Virus record (IMG/VR): IMGVR_UViG_3300005512_000001
Coordinates: 256,001 to 320,000 of that record
Reading direction: 5' to 3' (one strand)
Length of the DNA stretch: 64,000 nucleotides
DNA from: a virus
Taxonomy: Duplodnaviria > Caudoviricetes
Below are positions 57,728-64,000 of the stretch, in pieces. The notes under the pieces were generated by a model. That model did not search any database and was not told the DNA's origin. It saw only the letters and a list, made by a program, of their open reading frames with translations. How positions within the stretch are numbered: the first letter of the stretch is position 1; every line of letters starts with the position of its first letter. A program made the position numbers and the translations under genes.

Positions 57728-58063
57728 ATGAACAAAATACCAATGACAAAATGGGAGACTGTTGCTTTTGTATTGTGGGTCCCTAGCGGCTTATCGGTGA
57801 TTGGTGCGCCTATAATTTTTGGTATTTATTTTGGTGTAATACCTGCTGCAATTTCATTTGTTATCGCGATGTCTATTAGCCACTGGAGTTTTTATATGGG
57901 GGGCAGGTATGGCGATCGTTGTGAGAAGTTAAAGCGTGAACAGAAATTGCCCGAACCAAGACTTATACGAGAATACAACGATGATGGCGAATTTTACCAT
58001 ATGGTGCCAAATCCAAAATATAAGCCTAAACCAAAAGTCGAATCGCGAATATTAGAACTTTAA
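57728..58063 (+). CDS. Hypothetical membrane protein
   Basis: Two hydrophobic segments. Confidence 0.5.
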   Translation: MNKIPMTKWETVAFVLWVPSGLSVIGAPIIFGIYFGVIPAAISFVIAMSISHWSFYMGGRYGDRCEKLKREQKLPEPRLIREYNDDGEFYHMVPNPKYKPKPKVESRILEL

Positions 58064-58099
58064 TCAGTCTATAATTGAATAAACCCGATTATAGGCTTT

Positions 58100-58172
58100 G
58101 TGGCCGTAGCTTAATTGGTAAAGCACAGCACTGTGAATGCTGGGAGTGTCGGTTCAAACCCGATCGGCCACC
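58100..58172 (+). tRNA. tRNA-His(GTG)
   Basis: CAGCA-CTGTGAA-TGCTG; C73; base -1 is T rather than G. Confidence 0.92.
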
Positions 58173-58542
58173 TTATGACTGACCCGAACAAATACGCTGA
58201 TACATGCCGCCCGATATTACTTGGAGATATAGCATATCCCAGATAGCTGTTAGTGTGCTTATTAAAAAGGTTGGCGATGGTTATGTGCGGTGGTCACGCC
58301 CGCACGCTAGTAATTAACTGCTAAAGATGCGATTAGACAGGAGTCTCGACATGGAGTTGATGTTCAGTGATGGCAAACTCTTTTTGACGGCGGAAAACGC
58401 CGAGGAAGAGGGTCAGATTAATGCAATGCACCGTATGATCACCGAGAGTTATAAAGACCAAGGTTCTGCTCTCGGAACTACAACAGATATTGATAGTGGT
58501 CGGCCCCGGCTGATTGTTTGGGCCGGATGTTATTGTGAATAA

Positions 58543-58625
58543 GCCCCTGTGATGGAATGGCAGACATGCCAGTTTCAAACACTGGTGTCCATTAGGACGT
58601 GTGGGTTCGACTCCCACCGGGGGTA
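58543..58625 (+). tRNA. tRNA-Leu(CAA)
   Basis: CCAGT-TTCAAAC-ACTGG. Confidence 0.92.
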
Positions 58626-58698
58626 GTTTTTGTGCTAGACACGCCGTGGCACAACCCTTATGAGGGCCGCATAGGTTCACTACCATAAGGAAATAACG

Positions 58699-59151
58699 AT
58701 GCCCACGATACCTCAGAAATATACTGGTAAAGCGCAATGTATTGAGCCCGAACATGTAGCAATGAATATTGGTATCGACATTGACTACACGATCACAGAG
58801 ATACCGTGGTTCTTCGCGATCTTGTCTAATGCGATGCGAGTGGCCGGTCATAAAATCTTCGTTGTATCTTATCGTGAGGAAGAAGATAGAGCGGAGACCG
58901 AACAGCTACTAAAAACTCTCGGCATAGAATATGATAGCCTACATCTCGGCGTCGGCCAAGAAACATTATCTAAGTTCAAAGGCCGAATGGCGAAGGAATT
59001 AGATATTGATGTCTTCTTCGACGATATGCCAGAAGCTTTTGTTGATATGCCTGATAAAGTTAAGCGAATGTGGTTGTGTAGTCCATCAGTCTATAATCTC
59101 AAAGCTGTAGTCAGTAAACTCATTGAGGTTATAGATTTTGGCGGCGATTGA
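58699..59151 (+). CDS. HAD-superfamily phosphatase/nucleotidase (possible start 58762)
   Basis: IGIDIDYT, VVSYR, FK, FFDDMP. Confidence 0.75.
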   Translation: MPTIPQKYTGKAQCIEPEHVAMNIGIDIDYTITEIPWFFAILSNAMRVAGHKIFVVSYREEEDRAETEQLLKTLGIEYDSLHLGVGQETLSKFKGRMAKELDIDVFFDDMPEAFVDMPDKVKRMWLCSPSVYNLKAVVSKLIEVIDFGGD

Positions 59152-59919
59152 TTCTACTACACCATAAGCAGGTACTAATCCTCTAGTAGTAGAGACCCCT
59201 AGGTCAAACAAGACATAATTACCATCCCGGTCTTTGCCAAGATTATCTGGTTGAACGTCGTAGAATCTTATTCCTGCTTCGTAATATAGGCGAAGTACGG
59301 CTTTGATGATGTCTCTGGCAATCATTAGAGCGGCTTTAGATTCTCCAAAACCGGCAACCTCTTTAAGTGCTATCTTAGCTAGTTGTGTGGATAACCGGTC
59401 TAAGTTATTTTCGGTGTATGGGGTCTTATCCATAATAGCGATTAGACCTATACCTCGTCTATGTGCGGGGCTCTCTTCCCTATGATAGTAATCAATTAGG
59501 AATTCACCTATTATATTAGCGATGGCTCTTTCCTCATGTGTGAGGTTGGTACCTTGTAGTTCTTGGATTATGACGTATAATTGGGAGTCAAAGCCTTCGA
59601 ATTGGCCTAGTTTAACGAGCTTTCCGAATTTACCGACATGGATAATTGGATTTACACCTTGCACCGCACGTTCCATAAGACGCATAGATGCTTTTGCTTC
59701 GGCGTCGTCCTCTGTGAATTTCACTACTACTTTGCCGTCGCTATAAGCAGCACCCTGTGTTCCGGCTCCAAGTAGATATAATTTATCAATATTAACGCCA
59801 AACCGCTTGAGGTAATCCCCTAAACCAGGAAATTCCTGGCGTAATACTTCAAGTAAATTGTCGGTTTTGCTGGTAGCTTCAAGAATGATATCGATGCGTT
59901 TTGAGAATAATGTGCCCAT
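59086..59919 (-). CDS. Protein-kinase-like protein
   Basis: LGAGTQGAAY, VVKFT, EA, YVIIQE, YDVQPDNLG, LFDLG. Confidence 0.8.
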   Translation of the reverse strand: MGTLFSKRIDIILEATSKTDNLLEVLRQEFPGLGDYLKRFGVNIDKLYLLGAGTQGAAYSDGKVVVKFTEDDAEAKASMRLMERAVQGVNPIIHVGKFGKLVKLGQFEGFDSQLYVIIQELQGTNLTHEERAIANIIGEFLIDYYHREESPAHRRGIGLIAIMDKTPYTENNLDRLSTQLAKIALKEVAGFGESKAALMIARDIIKAVLRLYYEAGIRFYDVQPDNLGKDRDGNYVLFDLGVSTTRGLVPAYGVVESIAAKIYNLNEFTDYSFEIID

Positions 59920-59939
59920 GATATTATATATTTGTATAA

Positions 59940-60021
59940 GCCCCTGTGGCGGAATGGCAGACGCACGGCCCTTAAAAGGCCGGGTCCATAGGACGTGTGG
60001 GTTCGACTCCCACCGGGGGTA
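59940..60021 (+). tRNA. tRNA-Leu(TAA)
   Basis: CGGCC-CTTAAAA-GGCCG. Confidence 0.92.
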
Positions 60022-60037
60022 GTAGATGTATTTTACC

Positions 60038-60110
60038 GCTAACGTAGCTCAACTGGTAGAGCACGGATTTCGTAAATCCGAGGTTGTGGGTTCGAATCCC
60101 ACTGTTAGCT
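60038..60110 (+). tRNA. tRNA-Thr(CGT)
   Basis: CGGAT-TTCGTAA-ATCCG. Confidence 0.94.
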
Positions 60111-60113
60111 TTT

Positions 60114-60213
60114 GCCGCCATAGTTCCAATGGTAGAATGCGCCCATTAAGCAAGCCTAACAAGAAGTGGCGATAGTCGGGGTGAGGTTGCGGGTTCGAAT
60201 CCCGCTGGTGGCT
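60114..60213 (+). tRNA. tRNA body with a ~34-nt sequence in place of the anticodon loop (intron-like or tRNA-like ncRNA)
   Basis: GCCGCCA/TGGTGGC; D arm; CGCCC...GGGTG; AGGTT; GCGGG-TTCGAAT-CCCGC. Confidence 0.7.
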
Positions 60214-60233
60214 TAGAGAAAATATAAATTATT

Positions 60234-60305
60234 GCCGATGTAACTCAGTGGTAGAGTGCGTTCTTGGTAAGAACGAAGCCATGGGTTCAAATCCCATCAT
60301 CGGCT
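60234..60305 (+). tRNA. tRNA-Thr(GGT)
   Basis: CGTTC-TTGGTAA-GAACG. Confidence 0.94.
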
Positions 60306-60306
60306 T

Positions 60307-60380
60307 GGGCCTTTAGCTCAGTTGGTCAGAGCAGCGCACTCATAATGCGTCGGTCGTAGGTTCAAGTCCTACAAGGCCCA
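60307..60380 (+). tRNA. tRNA(CAT), Ile2-like or Met
   Basis: GCGCA-CTCATAA-TGCGT; GGGCCT acceptor. Confidence 0.92.
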
Positions 60381-60385
60381 TTTTT

Positions 60386-60459
60386 AGACCTGTAGCTCAA
60401 TTGGTCAGAGCATACCCCTTATAAGGGTAAGGTTGGCGGTTCGAATCCGCCTAGGTCTA
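60386..60459 (+). tRNA. tRNA-Ile(TAT)
   Basis: TACCC-CTTATAA-GGGTA. Confidence 0.9.
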
Positions 60460-60484
60460 TTTGCCAGCATAGCTCAATGGTAAC

Positions 60485-60569
60485 GCCGGGATCGCATAGT
60501 GGCCGATTGCACTGGTTTTGTAAACCAGAGGGCGTGTGCCCCGCGTGGGTTCGAATCCCACTCTCGGCT
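60485..60569 (+). tRNA. tRNA-Thr(TGT) with long variable arm
   Basis: CTGGT-TTTGTAA-ACCAG; GGGC-GTGT-GCCC variable hairpin. Confidence 0.85.
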
Positions 60570-60845
60570 TTCATAAGATAATGACCTGAATTGAATGCTG
60601 GAAGAATGAGGTCAAATAATGGTACTCCCAAAATTTACAGGTACGAACATCATAACTTGGAATTCCACTACTGCTAGTAGCACGGGTGCAACCTCGGCAG
60701 GATATGAAATTCATATAGATGCTGCTTCGGGTACAGATACAGGGGTATTGATTGTGTATTATAGTAATGAAGTGGAACCTACAGAATCTACGGAACCTAC
60801 GGAACCTATAGAATCAATCAAACGCGAGCGACGAATATTGGAGAT

Positions 60846-61352
60846 ATGATGCAGAAAACGTTTGTGATGATTAAGCCTGATGCAGTGCAACGTGGTTTGG
60901 TTGGTGAGATAATCACAAGGTTTGAAAATAAAGGTCTAAAGCTGGTCGGACTTAAATTAATGCTGGTTGACACCGATGCTGCAAAACGATTGTATAAATA
61001 CCATAAAGGCCGATCATATTACGACGACCTTATAGCCTTCACAACATCGTCGCCAGTGGTGGTAATTGTCTTAGAGGGAAACGATGTGGTACGAGTCGTT
61101 AGGCGGATGCTCGGAGATACTAGTGGCGTCGATGCCTCTGCTGGCACTATTCGTGGCGACTATAGTGTTAGCCGCACTAATAGAAATTTAGTACACGCAT
61201 CAGATAGTGTTAAATGTGCTAAATTCGAATTTGAAATATTCTTTGACGATTTATTAGAATACACAAAATGTAATGAGCAGTGGTTGTATTCTGATAAAGA
61301 TAAAGGTGTTTTAGAGTTAGGCCAGAAGCCTGTCGAGCCGGTGCAGGAATAA
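60846..61352 (+). CDS. ndk: Nucleoside diphosphate kinase
   Basis: TFVMIKPDAVQRGLVGEII; GTIRGDY; NLVHASDS. Confidence 0.95.
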   Translation: MMQKTFVMIKPDAVQRGLVGEIITRFENKGLKLVGLKLMLVDTDAAKRLYKYHKGRSYYDDLIAFTTSSPVVVIVLEGNDVVRVVRRMLGDTSGVDASAGTIRGDYSVSRTNRNLVHASDSVKCAKFEFEIFFDDLLEYTKCNEQWLYSDKDKGVLELGQKPVEPVQE

Positions 61353-61451
61353 ATAACGCCACAGGTCGGAATTCGTTTCGATCGCAAGTTGATATCCTCT
61401 TTAGGATGAAGATTAGGCACAGACTGCGGTCTGGTGGCAACCGGCTAACTT

Positions 61452-61549
61452 TCCACTATAGTGAAAGGGTATCACGCTTAGCTGTTAACTAAGTAAGCTG
61501 TTAACTTTGTGGGTATTACCCTTCGTAGGTTCGATTCCTACCCCTAGTG
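61452..61549 (+). pseudogene. Chimeric tRNA-Asn(GTT) with duplicated anticodon loop
   Basis: CTTAG-CTGTTAA-CTAAG then AAG-CTGTTAA-CTT; T arm intact; acceptor strands do not pair. Confidence 0.6.
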
Positions 61550-61597
61550 TTTGGGTGTTAGTGGCAAATATAGGTTAACAACCCTAGGAGACCTAAT

Positions 61598-61948
61598 ATG
61601 CCGCATAAGACCCCAGAAGCACGTAAAGCCTACATGGATAAGTATAACAAACGACGTTATGCAGATCCAGAGTGGTCACATAAGCAATATTTGAGAGTTA
61701 AAAACCGCAAAGAGAAAGTAAACAGATGGTATAAAGCGAAGAAGGAACAACTAAAGTGTAAATGTGGTGAAGATCATATTTCATGCATTGAATTTCATCA
61801 CCGCAACCCAGGCGAGAAGGAGATTAATTTAAGTTATGCTGTATGGAGAGGCTGGAGTATTCAACGTATTGAACGCGAAATAGCGAAATGCGATGTGATG
61901 TGCTCCAACTGCCATAAAAAGTTGCATTTTAAACTCAAGGAGATATAA
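61598..61948 (+). CDS. HNH endonuclease
   Basis: CKCGEDH..CIEFHHRNP..K; EIAKCDVMCSNCHKKLH. Confidence 0.85.
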   Translation: MPHKTPEARKAYMDKYNKRRYADPEWSHKQYLRVKNRKEKVNRWYKAKKEQLKCKCGEDHISCIEFHHRNPGEKEINLSYAVWRGWSIQRIEREIAKCDVMCSNCHKKLHFKLKEI

Positions 61949-62215
61949 GTGGCGAATTTTAAAATCAATATGGATGATGAAAACCGCAAAAATCTTGCTG
62001 CTGCTATTAAAGAAGAAGCAGCAAGAATCGCGGTTCCTGAAGAATGTAAAAACGCGGCCGACCGGCTGGGCTTGGACCCATCTAAATTAGATATAAAGAT
62101 TATTAGTTGTGATGGCAAAGATGTAGAATTTTCTATGGCTGGTGCTACAACTAAAGAATTACAACAAATATCGGAAAATATGCGGCCTATAAGAATAGAC
62201 ATAAGTATAAAATAA
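61949..62215 (+). CDS. Hypothetical protein
   Basis: AGGAG RBS before GTG. Confidence 0.5.
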   Translation: MANFKINMDDENRKNLAAAIKEEAARIAVPEECKNAADRLGLDPSKLDIKIISCDGKDVEFSMAGATTKELQQISENMRPIRIDISIK

Positions 62216-62224
62216 ATAAAATAA

Positions 62225-62298
62225 TCTCCCGTAGCTCAATTGGTAGAGCGCGCGGCTGTTAACCGCGAAGTTGTAAGGTTCGAGTCCTACCGGGAGAG
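62225..62298 (+). tRNA. tRNA-Asn(GTT)
   Basis: CGCGG-CTGTTAA-CCGCG; one extra A in the T stem. Confidence 0.9.
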
Positions 62299-62317
62299 TT
62301 TCAAATAAGGAGCGAGC

Positions 62318-62506
62318 ATGTACAAGGTGAATGTTAACTGCTCTAATTGTGGATTTTCTGGAGAAGCTAGTTTCAGGAAAGGAAATCCTATCTCATCCGA
62401 AGAATGTCCCGTTTGTGGGTGTGTTAGACTATCTCTACCCCCGAAGCCAAAACGTATTGCCTGTGAGGGTGATCTCGACCGTATTGCCATAGAAAATGGG
62501 ATGTAA
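62318..62506 (+). CDS. Small Zn-ribbon protein
   Basis: CSNC..CPVC; AGGAG RBS. Confidence 0.55.
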   Translation: MYKVNVNCSNCGFSGEASFRKGNPISSEECPVCGCVRLSLPPKPKRIACEGDLDRIAIENGM

Positions 62507-62724
62507 TGGCTGCAGTAAGATGCAACAACCCAGAATGTTTGGGCATCTTCATAATGATTGATGGGCCGGATTTTAACGACTCGGATGGTGCAGAAATCGC
62601 GATCATCCCCAAGGCTTGTCCTTATTGTGCTCAGAGCAATAATTTTAGTATCCGAACTGGTGTGGTGGACTTGGAAAATGCAATATTGATATTCGGCGAG
62701 GAAGAAAGAGAAGAAAGTCAATGA
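62506..62724 (+). CDS. Small Zn-ribbon protein
   Basis: CNNPEC..CPYC. Confidence 0.5.
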   Translation: MAAVRCNNPECLGIFIMIDGPDFNDSDGAEIAIIPKACPYCAQSNNFSIRTGVVDLENAILIFGEEEREESQ

Positions 62725-63083
62725 ACCTTATGAACTATCAATCATCTATGCCAATACAGATAGAGATTCTACACAAACTGCAAGGATGGATAGATAAGCA
62801 CCCAGATGAGACTATGATTGTGCCTAATCATATTGCCCACGAAATAGATGTTTCTGCACTAGAGTTGGTGCATGTGATGCATAGGTTGATAATGCACGGT
62901 GTGGTTCGCGGGTCTTATCGAATCCGCCATGGTGAAACTCTTCTAGATACAGATTATGATTCTATACGAGAGATTCCCGACGAATTTTGCGATGAAACCG
63001 GCCAGAAGTTCAGCTTAGATGGCCCGAATATTGGGATTATTCCTGTCTACCACCTAAAGAACGACAGAAATAGTGATAAATAG
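62721..63083 (+). CDS. Hypothetical protein
   Basis: Overlapping start codon. Confidence 0.5.
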   Translation: MNLMNYQSSMPIQIEILHKLQGWIDKHPDETMIVPNHIAHEIDVSALELVHVMHRLIMHGVVRGSYRIRHGETLLDTDYDSIREIPDEFCDETGQKFSLDGPNIGIIPVYHLKNDRNSDK

Positions 63084-63088
63084 AACAA

Positions 63089-63159
63089 TACCTGGTAGTA
63101 TAATAGCAACACAGGAGATTCTGGTTCTCCTATTCCAGATTCGAGTCCTGGTCGGGTAA
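63089..63159 (+). tRNA. tRNA-Gln(CTG), degenerate
   Basis: GGAGA-TTCTGGT-TCTCC; mismatches in the D and T stems. Confidence 0.7.
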
Positions 63160-63170
63160 CAAGGTGAATA

Positions 63171-63524
63171 ATGAACGATCGATGCGAAGAATGCGGGGCA
63201 GAGCTTGTCTTCGCAAGTCCGGATAACCATTTTCAAGCTGAGCAATATGAATGTCCGTTATGTAAAGCTAATGATGAAATTAAGCGGTTACGAGCACTCC
63301 ATGTGAGTGCTCGGGAAAGTATAATCAAACAAGTGGTTGATGTGCTTATAGAACAAGGCCAGTTGATGGGGTCGGAACCAAAGAAAACCTGCAAACCAAT
63401 CCACGGGAACTGCTGCACATGCCAGGAATGTGGCATGGCCCATGATGACTGTGTTTGTGAGCATAACGAGTTGCTTCGCGCAATACTCGATCTAACCAAA
63501 AACGCGCCGCGAAGTGCGAAGTGA
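63171..63524 (+). CDS. Cys-rich hypothetical protein
   Basis: CEEC..CPLC; HGNCCTCQECG..HDDCVC.HN. Confidence 0.55.
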   Translation: MNDRCEECGAELVFASPDNHFQAEQYECPLCKANDEIKRLRALHVSARESIIKQVVDVLIEQGQLMGSEPKKTCKPIHGNCCTCQECGMAHDDCVCEHNELLRAILDLTKNAPRSAK

Positions 63525-63964
63525 GAAGAGAAGGAAGCACAAATGCTAAGCAATCTATGTGAAACTTGTGTAAATGGTAGAGATTTATATGAAGGACAGA
63601 GATGTAACTGTTGTGGTAGGACTAAGATAAACTACCCACAAACCAAAGAAGACGAAACACGATACTATCCCAATAACCAAAATTGTGGAGTGATACTTCA
63701 GTGGTCAAGCCAACTCCAACAGCCGCTGTTTTGTATTTAGGGCCGTGCATCCCAGGTCACGACGTATGTGCATTACAAAATTTTGGGTGTGCGCCTGAGC
63801 CTACCGGCAGATGGAGTGTTGATAATAGATATGATCTTCTGCTCCGCACACCAAAAGGAGTAATAGAATTTGGCATTGGGTGGTGGGTGGTAAAATATTC
63901 TGATGGCGAATTCTATCCGTGTAAGCCGAACGTAGTGCCTTGTATTGTGCCTGGAGATTAACAA

Positions 63965-64000
63965 GCGGGAGTAACTCAATTGGCAGAGTACCTGCCTTCC
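63965..64000 (+). tRNA. tRNA-Gly(TCC), truncated by the window edge
   Basis: GCGGGAG-TAACTCAATTGGCAGAGT-ACCTGC-CTTCC. Confidence 0.8.

Noticed and set aside
1-64000. Alternative genetic code (stop-codon reassignment)
   Set aside because: Long conserved genes are intact in code 11, TAG/TGA/TAA all terminate genes at sensible ends, and no suppressor tRNA was seen.

Overview
This window is a 64-kb segment of a large (jumbo-type) tailed bacteriophage genome in the standard genetic code. A PEP-CTERM protein with a dockerin-like motif suggests a Planctomycetota-like host. Positions 1-49,300 hold virion/fibre genes, a stand-alone GroEL, glycosyltransferases, a sigma factor, nucleotide-metabolism enzymes, two nuclease-modification fusions and a duplicated 26-aa-repeat protein. 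From about 49,750 to the end is a + strand tRNA array: about 22 tRNAs without encoded CCA, plus several aberrant tRNA-like genes. The most striking locus is 55.2-57.7 kb. A Ro60/TROVE gene is followed by an unidentified ~263-nt structured RNA and then five tandem Y-RNA-like genes. These five share a covarying two-stem scaffold but carry different cargo: two circularly permuted tRNAs that keep an intact anticodon arm (UAG, UGU), an isolated CAA anticodon stem-loop, a minimal unit, and a YrlA-like unit. All calls come from reading motifs and base-pairing by eye; no database searches were run.
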